Assembly: GCF_001194135.2 (NCBI RefSeq)
Contig: NC_068982.1
Location: 3,174,198-3,238,197, forward strand
DNA length: 64,000 bases
Direction of reading: 5' to 3'
Source of the DNA: Octopus bimaculoides
Lineage: Eukaryota
Part shown: in pieces, positions 39,171-51,469 of the stretch
Layout: each line of letters starts with the position of its first letter
Position numbering within the stretch: position 1 is the stretch's first letter
Program-made: the position numbers and the translations under genes
The notes under the pieces: generated by a model
Databases searched by the model: none
What the model saw: the letters and a program-made list of their open reading frames with translations, nothing else
What the model was told of the DNA's origin: nothing

Positions 39171-39599
39171 AAAGATTTTAAATTATCATCTAGTTTCTTT
39201 ATTTATATATTTATTTAGTTTCCGTCATATCTTTAATATGCTTTATTAATTTATCTCAGTCCATTTCATATTTGATTCATTTATAAGTTTCGACTGTGTT
39301 TTATAAACTGGTTAAAGACTCACCGAGCAGTGTTTTCTGAAGCACTCCATACCTTACATTTATGTATATATATTCATTTGTCAAAAAATGATATATAAAT
39401 ATGCGTGTAGACAGATCCGTATTCAAACACAGACACAGACACACACATATGCTAATATTTCCGTTTATATAAAGTTATATATATAAGCAATTAAACATTA
39501 TATTAAAGGATCGATCAATAACTTTGAATAGAATATAATATTTATTGATTTTTCAAGGAAGACATCCTCAGTAATTTCTGTTTGCTAGCTTTCATCAGT

Positions 39600-40375
39600 T
39601 CGTGGTTTTATGTATGTGCACCTGAGAAGTTTATAGTTCAAATCGGTAATTTTTGTTTTCCTTTCCTTTGGATATGTTACGTCGAATACTACACAGTTCC
39701 GTTTTTCTTCTTTTTCTCATCAGCGACTACAATACTCAGTCTGTTGTGTCCCATTATTCTTTCGGTTTGTATATGAAATTCACAAAACAACCTCATTTCA
39801 TTGTTTTCGAAGACTAGACTTTCTATTCCCACAAAGAAGTTATAGACTTTACGTGTTTATGGAAAACCAAATTTCCGGTAAAGTTTTCCAGAATATTATG
39901 TCAGTAATTTCCCCATGCCTATACTTTTGGGATTGATTCTGAACACAACTGTGAATTGTCTGAAATGCAATTGAGATATGATATTGGGGCAAACAATTGT
40001 GTTACTCTATCGTTCTCCTGATCCAGTTTACCTTTAATGCCTGTTCCTGTGTTGCTCTTCTGGTTTTTACCGTCTATTATCTTTTTGGTGTCTTTGAAAA
40101 ACCATGGAGTGAATCTACTTTTCTTAAAAGTTTGATTTCCTCTTTTCCACATTTTTCTATTTTCCCTTTTTGCGTTCTGCACATTCTGACACTTATTACT
40201 GCCGGGTTTTACCTCTTTTAGACTTGTTTCTTCTTCATTTTCTTCTAGATAAGAACATAGACTTGTCTTCTTTTTCTCTGCTCCCACATTGTCGCTCATC
40301 ACCCTCTTTCTACTATTTTATCCGTGTAACCGGTTCACATCATCGGATTGTGATTAAATTTCGTTTTCAAATCTT
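39600..40375 (-). mobile_element. R4/Dong-type non-LTR element relic (post-RT region to restriction-like endonuclease)
   Basis: SDDVNRLHG...RVMSDNVGAEKKKTSL...KGKLDQEND...SENNEMRLFCEFHIQTERIMGHNRLSIVVADEKKKK resembles SDVDRLY..R..GGRGL...KILWDF.IQTD....HNRPDIVV.DKK. This explains the 127-aa ORF at 39919-40302. Confidence 0.65.
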
Positions 40376-41285
40376 ATAGTGTATGTGGAAGAGATCGAAC
40401 AATGATGATAAAAATTAGGTGTGATGCAAGTGAATCTGCAAGCAAAAAGGACTCATTGTGTGGGAAGAGAAGTTGTGAAAGAATCGAAAGGAGTGGTAGA
40501 AAGGAATTTTTGGTTTGATGAAGAATGTTTGCCGTTGTTTGTGTTTAGACTCGTAAATAAAGCATGTACATAAACGAGTTCACCACGTCTCTCACGACGG
40601 ATGACCACATCCGACGGATTGGTCGTTTAGTTTCAACGGGAATACAAGTTTACATGTGGTCACTGGCCATATGCAAAGTGTGACCCATAGCGACTCATAT
40701 TGCCATCGATTGTCGACCGTCACAGAGGATTCGTGGATCAAATCACCACCGATTATCAGACCACGCGTAGCCGGGGTTTGATGCGGGTTCTAGTAACATG
40801 CTTTAAAAAAAAGCTAAAGGCTGCTTCCCTTCCAGCGATCTGCTAGCCCTTCAGACACCAACCCAGAATTTCCGAGGGCCAGTGCTAAATACAGAATAGC
40901 ATTGGAAGAAACTTGTGTACTTGCTTATGTGGCGATGTGTCCCATTCAGGTGTCAATTTGTTTTGGTTGAATGTATTTATTTGAGTGTGCGCTGGATGTG
41001 CGTGTGTGTGTGTATGTGTGTTACTGTATAGTGTCATGAAATCATATGTACGCACATTGTTGGGCGTCTGCGCATTATTTCGGTGAATATATGCTGTTGG
41101 GTTTCTGCCGATGCTTTTTTTAATGCTATCTGTGGGCGTGCCTATGTGCATCTCGTGCGTGTGTTAGAGTGTGACATTAGTGTAAGCCTCTGAGAAATAT
41201 CTGCAGGAGTTTGTCTAGGTGCTTGTTGAAATGAGTTTATATTGAAAGGCACGTAGGTGCGAGAGGGGCGGTGATTTTGGGTGTA

Positions 41286-41504
41286 CAGTAATCTCTCGAC
41301 TATCGCAGGTGTTACGTTCCAACCCCCCAACCCCCGTGATAGGTAAAAATCCGAGAAGTAAAAAGAGTCCCGTATAGTATATCTTGTTATTTTTATAATT
41401 TGTACATATTTTATTAGAAATGCAAAACTACACCACAGAGAAATCGACGTACGCTTAAATAATAAACCATGATAGGTGAACCGCGATATCGCGAGGGATT
41501 ACTG
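41286..41504. mobile_element. pogo/Tigger-like MITE
   Basis: Terminal inverted repeats CAGTAATCTCTCGACTATCGC and (reverse complement) CAGTAATCCCTCGCGATATCGC. Left flank TA; right flank TG, probably a mutated TA. Confidence 0.8.
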
Positions 41505-41623
41505 TGCATGCGTTTGCGTGTTCGTATATCTTTGTAGGTTTGGGGATTAAACGAGTGCTTGCTGTTATATTGGGCGTTTTTGTTATGCGTTGTGTAAGTA
41601 CGTTGTTATTATATTATCAGTGT

Positions 41624-42008
41624 AAGGCGGCGAGCTGGCAGAAACGTTAGCACGCCGGGCGAAATGCTTAGCGGTACTTCGTCTGAGTTCAAATTCCGCC
41701 GAGGTCGACTTTGCCTTTCATCCTTTCGGGGTCGATTAAATAAGTACCAGTTACGCACTAGGGTCGATATAATCGACTTAATCCGTTTGTCTGTCTTTGT
41801 TTGTCCCCTCTGTGTATAGCCCCTTGTGGGCAGTAAAGAAATAGGTATTTCGTCTGTCTTTACGTTCTGTGTTCAAATTTCGCCGAGGTCGACTTTGACT
41901 TTCATCCTTTCGGGGTCGATAAATTGAGTACCAGTTGCGTACTGGGATCGATCTAATCGACTGGTTCCCTCTCAAATATATCAGTCCTTGTGCCTAGAGT
42001 AGAAAAGG
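41624..42008 (+). mobile_element. SINE family A dimer (full unit plus headless second unit)
   Basis: Unit 1 (41624-41843) has a ttaatccgtttgtctgtc...aaagaaata tail. Unit 2 (41844-42008) restarts at ggtatttcgtctgtctttacg and has a ccttgtgcctagagtagaaaagg tail. Confidence 0.9.
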
Positions 42009-42464
42009 TTATACCTACTTCTTGTGTTCACTCCTATCCTCTCCTCTCTTCATTGATACCACCCCCACCATCACACCACACCACCACACCAGACTACCAC
42101 ACCATACCACACCACTCGCCACACATTAGCACTGGCCACTTCCCAGCACCCACCCCAATACGCCATCAACCACACACTCATACACAATCTTCAATCTTCA
42201 AAATCATCACCACATATACCACTATTTGAGCAGCTACACATTACATACGCACTTACACACGCGCACACCCACACACGTCAAAGTCACTAGCCCCTCTTCT
42301 CACACACACACTTACACTTTCACACACACCATTCCCACATACACACGCGCGCACCTCCATTTCTTCCAACCTCTTCTTTTAAACTATTTTCTCTAATCAT
42401 TCACCATGCGTGACCGCTAGTTTTCTTTTTTTTTTTGCATTCTCTCTCTGTTTATTTTCTTTTA

Positions 42465-42505
42465 TTTCTTGCTGTTGAAGAGCGTAGGCTCGAAACGTAA
42501 AGGAC
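42465..42505 (+). ncRNA. Degenerate minimal hammerhead-like motif
   Basis: CTGTTGA (A6 changed to T), an extra A, hairpin GAGC-GTAG-GCTC, then GAAACGTA (palindromic ACGT with no loop). Stem I is weak. Confidence 0.4.
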
Positions 42506-42630
42506 GTTTTCCTTTTCCCGAGCTTCAAACTAATAAACCTGCTTGTTCTTCGTCTTTTGTTTTTCTATAAATTGCGACTATATATATGTGTGTGTGTGTG
42601 AGTGTGTGTGTGTGTGTGCGTGTGTGAGTA

Positions 42631-42671
<41 letters not shown>

Positions 42672-42820
42672 TGGTTTGGATTTTACTCACGAGGTATTGG
42701 AATCTTATATATGTATACCATTCTCCCTAAACAATGGATTTACAAATAGAGTATTCCTGCATTCACTCTCTATTTCCTATCTTATCTAAATTAACTGTTG
42801 CTTAACCATCCTCTCACACT

Positions 42821-42868
42821 GTCTCCGATGAAGGGATGTAATAAATATCCTGGAAACAGCTGTAGGAC
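42821..42868 (+). ncRNA. Type I hammerhead ribozyme motif, U4C core variant
   Basis: Stem I GTCT/GGAC (4 bp, one G.U). Core CCGATGA at 42825-42831. Stem II GGGATGT/ATATCCT (7 bp, loop AATAA) with an A.G opposition at its base. GAAA at 42853-42856, helix III AC-AGCT-GT (palindrome ACAGCTGT), GUA triplet ending at 42864. Confidence 0.65.
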
Positions 42869-43696
42869 TTATTCATAAATAAGCTATAATGAACGCACCC
42901 TTGNNNNNNNNNNNNNNNNNNNNNNNNNNNNNNNNNNNNNNNNNNNNNNNNNNNNNNNNNNNNNNNNNNNNNNNNNNNNNNNNNNNNNNNNNNNNNNNNN
43001 NNNNNNNNNNNNNNNNNNNNNNNNNNNNNNNNNNNNNNNNNNNNNNNNNNNNNNNNNNNNNNNNNNNNNNNNNNNNNNNNNNNNNNNNNNNNNNNNNNNN
43101 NNNNNNNNNNNNNNNNNNNNNNNNNNNNNNNNNNNNNNNNNNNNNNNNNNNNNNNNNNNNNNNNNNNNNNNNNNNNNNNNNNNNNNNNNNNNNNNNNNNN
43201 NNNNNNNNNNNNNNNNNNNNNNNNNNNNNNNNNNNNNNNNNNNNNNNNNNNNNNNNNNNNNNNNNNNNNNNNNNNNNNNNNNNNNNNNNNNNNNNNNNNN
43301 NNNNGATTTCAAAAGTGATTGCAGTACGCACGTTTCATGCTACTTCAATTTATTTAAGTAATGTGAGCATTACCTTAAATGCAATATGAAGAGCAATCTT
43401 CAGCTGCACGAAAAAATGTAGAAAAAAAGACATATTACAAATGTGGCAACATATTAAAACCAAGTGGGAGAGAGCAGAGGAAGAATATATAAGTCCATCT
43501 TGACATAGCAGGGTCTATCAGGCTATATACATACATACATATACACACACACATACAATATATATTTATTTTATCCTACCAAATCTGGTGCCTCAAGCAT
43601 TTTAAGTACCACATTTAATCTTTTGATTAAATCTATATTATTATATTTATTTATATATACATTTATTTATTTACATATAGATATATGTATATGTAC

Positions 43697-43852
43697 ATGT
43701 TTGTGTGCTAAGAAGCTTGCTTCTGAACCACAAGGTTCTGGATTCAATCCCACTGTGTGGCACCTTGGATAATTGTTTTCTACCAGGAACACTAGCCGAC
43801 CAAATCCGTGTGAGTGGATTTGGTAGACGGAAACTGAAAAAAGCTCGTTGTA
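43697..43852 (+). mobile_element. SINE family B 5' half
   Basis: gtgtgctaagaagcttgcttctgaaccacaaggttctggattcaatcccactgtgtggcaccttgg...gtgagtggatttggtagacggaaactgaaa. Confidence 0.85.
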
Positions 43853-44516
43853 CATACATACATACATACAAACATACACATATATATATATACACGCATA
43901 TATGTTTTGATTTATATATATACGTATATGTTTATATATATACATGTTTATTTATATATATATATATGTATATATATATTTATACTTATATATATATACA
44001 TGTTTTTATATATATATATATATATACATATCCATGTTCATATATGTGTGTGTGTATTTGTGTGTGTGTGTGTGCGCGCGCTCGCGCGCGTGCGTGTGGA
44101 AAGCCGAAGTTACACATGTATACAATGCACTTTATGTTTGAAGTGAAATTTCTCTCCCCACGGATTTGAATGTGTGCTCATAATTAGATTCAGTGAAATC
44201 CTGTGTTCCATAATTCTTTCTAAGTTTTCAAACCAATGGTGTTAAAATTTCCCTGACAGTGGCTTCGAGAATATAAATATATCAGTAACCTATTCTGCCT
44301 CTACTGAATCAGATATTTCCTTGGCTAAAATATGCGTCCTTCACTAAAACCCAAAAGTATATGATCAAATACCATAATGCGCAAGATCGAAACGGCCTTC
44401 GTGCGGAATTTGTCAAGTTTTTAATATCGTTTTCCAGAAATAGCTTGATACATTGAGGGCAAGTCAGCGGCGTTTGAGAGCATAAAGACTAAAGTTCGCG
44501 CAGCCAATGGAATATT

Positions 44517-44902
44517 AGAAGAGAGGTAATTGTACACAGGATGGTTATTGCCGGGTATCAAAGTGACGACATCATGAGTGCTGCTCAATTTTTTGTGAAC
44601 TCTGTAAAGGCTCTAATACATGACATGGACAGCTGCAACGGAATCTACGAAGAGGCAGCCAACATGAAGATACATAGCAAGTGTTTTGATTGCGTCTGCA
44701 CGCCGGAATTCATCTTTGAACAGAGCCTAAGGTTGAATTCAGACGGTTATATGACGGCGCTACAGATTGTGATATTGGTTGCGACTGCAAAGCCATATGT
44801 GTGGCAATAGATTTCAAAACCTTTGCTGTACTTTCGGGAAAAGTGTGGTTGTCGGAGAATTTCTACGACTTTGCTAGTTCCAATTTATGCCCTCCTAATT
44901 CC
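44517..44902 (+). mobile_element. Tc1/mariner (maT/DD37D-like) transposase relic with internal deletion
   Basis: N-terminal REVIVHRMVIAG...HSKCFDCVCTPEFI is fused directly to FEQSLRLNSDGY...KPYVWQ* and, after a frameshift, WLSENFYDFASSNLCPPNS (the WPPNSPD motif region). Confidence 0.8.
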
Positions 44903-45189
44903 TATTATTTTATTCACATGGATTACAAGTGATTTTTTTTTATTACTTTTATTTTCGTATGGAATATTGTTTCCTTTTTCTTTTATGCAGAATGTCAAAT
45001 TTAGCCCGAATACCCGGTAAATGTGAAGCGTGTCCCAGAAATAGATGTTTGAAATTGAGCTTCTGCTTTGATGTACGTCTATTTCTGCTGATCGACTTCA
45101 ATATGTGGGACACATGGTTGTAATCAACAAACCAAAAATATTGGACTGTATGACATTTATTTACATTTATCTCCAAATCTTTCGACAGC

Positions 45190-45578
45190 CTCTTGCAAAG
45201 GTTTCGGCTTGATATGTGTGTGCAGAAATAGTGGGAGAGCACCATAGCTATGTATAGAAAGGAATTCTTAGGGTTTGGATAATTCACCCTTGGAAATATG
45301 GGTGTTTTGTTCAACATCGTTAAACAACCCTTATTCAGGGACCTTTTGAGCGGAATGGGCTACTCGAGCTGAAGACAATTGTAACTAGGCCCTACCTGCA
45401 AGGTAATGCTCTGTTAGTCTTGATATGAGATCACCATGTCGCGCACATATGGTTGTGATGCATGTTCCTAGTGTACCCTTATCAGACGAGTAGTCATGAT
45501 AGATATACTGGGCTTCATATATTTTACCCCAGTGTCGCTTTGATGGCATTCACTGCTCTCTCACTCACTAATAATAAT
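45190..45578 (+). mobile_element. Non-coding interspersed repeat (SINE or LINE 3' portion) ending in (AAT)n
   Basis: Relatively GC-rich, no ORF, ends in ...gctctctcactc-actaataataat. I recall this as a recurrent octopus repeat, but it is single copy in this window. Confidence 0.4.
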
Positions 45579-45579
45579 C

Positions 45580-46231
45580 TGCAATAGAGTGGATGAAATC
45601 ATTGCCCATATCACGTACGAATGCCCTGGACTTGTCCAAAATAACTACATGATCAGGTAGCGTAAGTGCTACATTATAAGCTGTATGCAAAGTGGGGTGT
45701 AGAGAGAGGCAAGACGTGCTATTAGCACAAACCGCAGAGGTGGCGGAGTCGGAGAATAGTAAAATCCTCTGGGATTTCCCAATCCAAACAGATCTGGTAC
45801 TAGAGCATAACAGACCGGACCTAGTGGTAGTTGATAGGTACAACACAAATGCTTAATGTTGCGTGCCCCTTTGACCCACGAATGGTCAAGAAGGAAGGCG
45901 AAAAGATAGATTAAATACAACCCTCTTAAGTACGAAATGAACCCGGTTGTGGAAAATGAAGAAATTAAAGATAATGCCAATTATTGTTGGGTCCTTGGGA
46001 ACAGTATCAGGAGGCATCAAGAAATTGGAAATACAGTGCCCAATAGAACTGTTACAAAATGTTTGCCTCCTTGGTACGGCCAGAATAATCAGGAAAATAT
46101 TACATAGCTGAAAGAATAGATAGCATGGTATTGTAGGTTGCAGTTAGTAAGCCCGCTATGCATGCAAGAATTTAGGAGCTCCCTCGAAACCTGTGATAAA
46201 GAGAAAGAAGTAATGAGGATGAGGATGATGG

Positions 46232-46280
<49 letters not shown>
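45580..46280 (+). mobile_element. R4/Dong-type non-LTR element, 5'-truncated, with restriction-like endonuclease, 3' UTR and (GAT)n tail
   Basis: CNRVDEIIAHITYEC (zinc knuckle)...ESENSKILWDFPIQTDLVLEHNRPDLVVVDR...KIMPIIVGSLGTV...CLLGTARIIRKILHS*, with the stop at 46109-46111. Confidence 0.9.
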
Positions 46281-46281
<1 letters not shown>

Positions 46282-48029
46282 ACCAAACGAACGTGAAATC
46301 GGTGGTAATATTTGTTTTTAATGAAGATTGTTGAGAACCCACTGCAACCACCTGCGTCAAATGTAAAGTACAAAAAATTGAAACCGTTATTAAAATGAAG
46401 AGTTCTTGCAACAAGACCAGAGAACAACCAACAAAAATATGAAACGAAAGTACTTTATCAACGTTTTCAACGAAAGCAACAGGACACTAATCGTGCTTCA
46501 TTATAGCTTAACAAAGTTTTTCTCATGGCTCTCTAGCATTCATACCGCACGCAGTGTCAAGCTGATTGCCAGTGACAAATTATCATCAGTCACGTGTGTG
46601 ATGTTAAGGTCCTATCTGTTAAGGACATAGAAGTAATCAGAAGACCTCACACCATTTGGTGAAAACTATCCACTCATAAATAAAGATATAATTTCTTAAT
46701 GCTATTTTTTCTTGCTCTATTTCACTCTTCTATTACATCTCCTTTCTTTGGTTTTCTGACTCCTACTTACATTGATTTTTCTGCAGTATCGCTCCTGTTT
46801 CTATTCATGGATAATATTTCACACTATCTGCATTCTTCCTGCAATTTTCTCCACTCTCATCTGTTATCTTGCTTCTCATCTTCCTTTTCGTCACATTACT
46901 TGATATTTTCTCTTTACTTTATCTCATATCTTCTTCCTGGTCATGCTTTCTTTAGCAGGATGTACGTCCTCATACAACTCCACTTTCCTCCAAATCCCAT
47001 TTATCTCTTAGCCTTTTTCCTACATTTATTATAATCTATCAGTCTACATATCCTTCTCTCTCTCTCTCTCTCTCTCACTCTCTCTCAGTCTCTTTCTTTC
47101 TCCATATATATATGCATGTACGAATGCATGTATGTATGCATGTATGTACGTACGCACGTATGTATGTGTGTGTGTATGTATGTGTGTGTGTATGTATGCA
47201 TATATATGTGTACGTATGTATCATTTCTAGTACCTTCCCATCCGCACAAATTATTTACCTGAACTTTTACCTTCTTTGTTTCTAGCTTCTACTTTATTTC
47301 CCTTCCTTTACAACTTATAACTTCCACTCCTTCACTTTCTTTCCGGTATTCTATTCTTTTCTTTTTTCTTCTTATTTTATTTTCCTTCTCTTCCATTCCA
47401 GCATTTCACACTTCTACCAACCAGTCATTTTATCTTCATTGTTTTCCATCTCTTCCATTCGTCATATGTTCTATTATTTTTTCTTTTTTACTCACTTTTT
47501 TCATCTTTTCATATTCTTCATTATATACATACATCATTCTTGTTTATTGGTCTGTTTCTATTTGTATAAAATTAATCGTTGTCCTCTTCTTTCTTTTCTG
47601 GAATCTACAATTTCCTGGTATTTACTAATACTCGACTCCACCCAATTTTCTAATGATATTCTTTACATTCTTTCTTTAATGTTCTTTCGTATTTAAAATC
47701 CATTCACAATTTGTATTTCTTGTGATTTGTATTTCTTCTGATAGTTCACCACCTACTCATAACAGGTGGAGCTTTCTGTCACATATTCCAGCCCATTTTA
47801 CATCCCATCAATCTCTATCTGGATATCCGCCTTTTTTTTCTTTTTTTTACCTATAAGCGTTTAATCAGATATTTCTATACATTTGGAATATCATCAATCG
47901 CAATAGCCCTGCCTACATGTCTGATTTGTACAGTTGCGGTAAAACGAGTTGTATATCCGTAATGCTCATTGCTGATTTGTCATTTGCTCATTTACAAGTC
48001 TATCATTCATTTTCGTTGACGATGCTGCT

Positions 48030-48032
48030 GCT

Positions 48033-48122
<90 letters not shown>
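48030..48122. repeat. (GAT)n microsatellite
   Basis: Directly visible; source of the poly-Met ORF in the track. Confidence 0.95.
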
Positions 48123-48123
<1 letters not shown>

Positions 48124-48681
48124 GTAGCACTTTCATTCTAGATGGTGACGAAATTCAGTCGTTTAGGAAAAATTTATTCCTTAAAACTAAAGGAAAAAAA
48201 TCTACAAAACAATGCATATCTTATATTTAATGTGATATACAAACACACACACACACACACACGCGCATATATATAGCATGTGTTTACGTATGTACAAAGG
48301 TGCGTATTATACGTATCTATAGATTTATACAGACAGGTATAAAGTACGTGTGCGAATCTGTTTATATTCTTTTTTTTTTTTGTATATATGTGGAACTTTG
48401 AATGATATACGTAAGAAAAAGAAAGAAACAAAAAAGATAAACCAGCATGAAGTAATATTCGCTGCTAAAATAGAAAAACAAACAAACAAAAGTTATATAA
48501 GAAATAATTTGCAGAGAAAATAATAAAGTAAAATGATGGCTGTAACATAAAAGAGAATAAAAATAAATGGGAAAAGTAAATGAGAGGTAATCAACAAAAA
48601 TAAGGCCATCATAGAAAAAAAATGACTTAAAATTAATGTAATCACTCTGGAAATGTATAAACAATGAAAGATAATTACGTG

Positions 48682-48738
<57 letters not shown>

Positions 48739-49275
48739 GTGCGTGTGTGCGTGTGTGCGTATGTGTGTGTGTGCACACGCGCGTGTTCGTATGCGTGTGC
48801 GTGTGTGCGTATGTGTNNNNNNNNNNNNNNNNNNNNNNNNNNNNNNNNNNNNNNNNNNNNNNNNNNNNNNNNNNNNNNNNNNNNNNNNNNNNNNNNNNNN
48901 NNNNNNNNNNNNNNNNNNNNNNNNNNNNNNNNNNNNNNNNNNNNNNNNNNNNNNNNNNNNNNNNNNNNNNNNNNNNNNNNNNNNNNNNNNNNNNNNNNNN
49001 NNNNNNNNNNNNNNNNNNNNNNNNNNNNNNNNNNNNNNNNNNNNNNNNNNNNNNNNNNNNNNNNNNNNNNNNNNNNNNNNNNNNNNNNNNNNNNNNNNNN
49101 NNNNNNNNNNNNNNNNNNNNNNNNNNNNNNNNNNNNNNNNNNNNNNNNNNNNNNNNNNNNNNNNNNNNNNNNNNNNNNNNNNNNNNNNNNNNNNNNNNNN
49201 NNNNNNNNNNNNNNNNNNNNNNNNNNNNNNNNNNNNNNNNNNNNNNNNNNNNNNNNNNNNNNNNNNNNNNNNNNN

Positions 49276-49315
<40 letters not shown>

Positions 49316-49741
49316 AGCAAAGAAATGTATATATGCATAGATAGATATGTATGTATATAGGTGTATAAGTGTATAACGCGTATGTGCGTGTGTGTGTGTG
49401 TACGTGTGTAAATATATTTCCAGTCAAAGTTCTTAGTAGTCATCTAGACATCTTCATGGCGTCATGCTTAGTATATTAATCTGATGGATAAGATTTCTTT
49501 TGTCAGCAATGTGTTCATTTCTTATTAGATAATTTATTTAATACATTCCGTTTATTTTGTTTGTTTGTTTTTTCTATCCATCAATGCTTACAGCAATCCA
49601 GTCTTTAAACACAAATATACACATGCCTACACATCGCTGCCTGATCATTGCTATATGCATTGTGTACATGATATGCGGCATTTCTGATTCAACCGCCTTC
49701 TACTGTTTGTTATTGTTGTTGTTCCACTTCATCATCTTCTT

Positions 49742-49826
49742 TTCTTCTTCTTCTTCTTCTTCTTCTTCTTCTTCTTCTTCTTCTTCTTCTTCTTCTTCTT
49801 CTTCTTCTTCTTCTTCTTCTTCTTCA
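49742..49826. repeat. (TTC)n microsatellite
   Basis: Directly visible; source of the poly-Ser ORF in the track. Confidence 0.95.
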
Positions 49827-50053
49827 TTTTTACTTTACTCCTTATCCTTGATGTTTACTTTCCATTTCCACAACCTCCTATCTTCCTTTTTCCTCCTTCT
49901 GGCAATATTAAACCATAAATATGGTTATATATCTAATCTTTAACTCTTCGATTCCTCCTCTTACATTATATTTTGTGCTACCTTAAGAATATTAGTCTGT
50001 TTCTAAAAGACAACAATTTCCCAACCTCAAAATCATTGATTTATACATAAAAG

Positions 50054-50113
<60 letters not shown>

Positions 50114-50206
50114 ACGCACACACACATATCTATATATATATGTGTGGACGTGTGTATGTCTTTGTGTCTATGTATGTATGTATGTATGTATGTATGTGTT
50201 GATGTA

Positions 50207-50436
50207 TGGCGAGCTGGCAGAAACGTTAGCACGCTGGGTGAAATGCTTAATAGTATTTCGCCCGTCGCTACGTTCTGAGTTCAATTTCCACCGAGGTCGA
50301 CTGTGCCTTTCATACTTTAGGGGTCGATTAAATAAGTACCTGCTATGCACTGGGGTCGTTATAAACGACTTAATCTCTTTGCCTGTCCTTGTTTGTCCCC
50401 TCTATATTTAGCCTCCATTCGGCAATAAAGACATAG
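50207..50436 (+). mobile_element. SINE family A (alternative tail)
   Basis: tggcgagctggcagaaacgttagcacg...gagttcaatttcc...ttaatctctttgcctgtccttgtttgtccc. Confidence 0.9.
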
Positions 50437-50489
50437 ATGTATGTATATGTACAAAATAGAATACATATTCTGTGTCGTTTTTCTTTTCT

Positions 50490-50690
50490 TATTTTATTTT
50501 GCTTGTTTCAGTCATTTGACTGCGACCATGCTACAGCACCGCCTTTAGTCGAACAGATCGACCCCAGGACTTATTTTTTGTAAGCTTAGTACTTATTCTA
50601 TCGGTCCCTTTTTCCGAACCGTAAATTTACGGGGATGTAAACACACCAACATCGGCTGTCAAGGTATGGTAGGAGGACAGATACACACAC
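50490..50690 (-). mobile_element. SINE family B 3' half
   Basis: cttgtttcagtcatttgactgcgaccatgc...gaccccaggacttatt...agtacttattctatcgg...ggggatgtaaacacaccaacatcgg. Confidence 0.9.
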
Positions 50691-50738
50691 ACACACACTC
50701 ACACACAAACACACACACCCCCCACACCCACACACACT

Positions 50739-50785
<47 letters not shown>

Positions 50786-51469
50786 GACAAATGTTGAGTT
50801 CAGTTTCATCCTTTTACTTTAGATTTTTAATAAAGATTCATTATATTAAATTTGTACCTTACTATGGTAAGTATTTTATTTAATAAGAAAATTTCACAAG
50901 TATCAGATGTGTTATGAGCATTTATAGAACACCTTTCCTATATAAGCTCAACAAACAATTAAAGATGGATAAGCGAAGACGTTAAAAGCTTTATAAAATT
51001 TTAATTAAAATTTTATAAAACTTTTAATATCTTCTCATTATGTGCCTTAAATGCTCGTTGGATACTTTCATGTTAGAAAGGGTTTTAATCAAAGAAAGTT
51101 TAATTCTATTATTCTGTAAAATAATATTTAATTATTTTAAATGTACACAAATGCATAAAAATAATTTTTAATTCCATTAGACATTCTAAAATACAATTAA
51201 GTTTCATTCAATTTAAAAAAAGGTAAAATCGGTCAGAACTTGTGGGATGTCATGATATGTATGTATGAATGTATGTATGAATGTATGTATGTATGTATGT
51301 ATGTATGTATGTATGTATGTATGCGTGCATGCAGGCATATTTGTATGTAATATCAAATTAATATTGATCGCGATTCCATCCATGTTTCGCCAAACTGCCT
51401 ATTCAACCGTTGCTGATAGATTTTCTAAGATGTTATGATACGGAAAATGAAAATTATCATGAAAGTTCA

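Larger units (their letters stand above)
42010..42900 (+). mobile_element. Probable Penelope-like 3' end(s) with two hammerhead-like motifs
   Basis: CA-rich decayed sequence with only weak resemblance to a GIY-YIG C-terminus. Hammerhead-like motifs at 42472 and 42825 lie in tandem about 350 nt apart. The region runs into an N-gap at 42904. Confidence 0.5.

Noticed and set aside
39919-40302. 127-aa minus-strand ORF as a host gene
   Set aside because: It lies within a decayed R4/Dong-type LINE; flanking frames give SDVDRL-like and HNRPDIVV-like motifs with stops.
40380-40570. TG...AATAAA...CA segment as a solo LTR; TGGTGTCTGAAG near 40850 (minus) as a primer-binding site
   Set aside because: No target-site duplication, no second LTR, and the putative primer-binding site is not preceded by CA.
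40885-41283. Minus-strand VRTYDFMTLYSN (PLE RT-like) and NKHLDKLLQI (LINE end-like) motifs
   Set aside because: The motifs are in different frames and the surrounding sequence fits neither family; it may be a retroelement relic but cannot be assigned.
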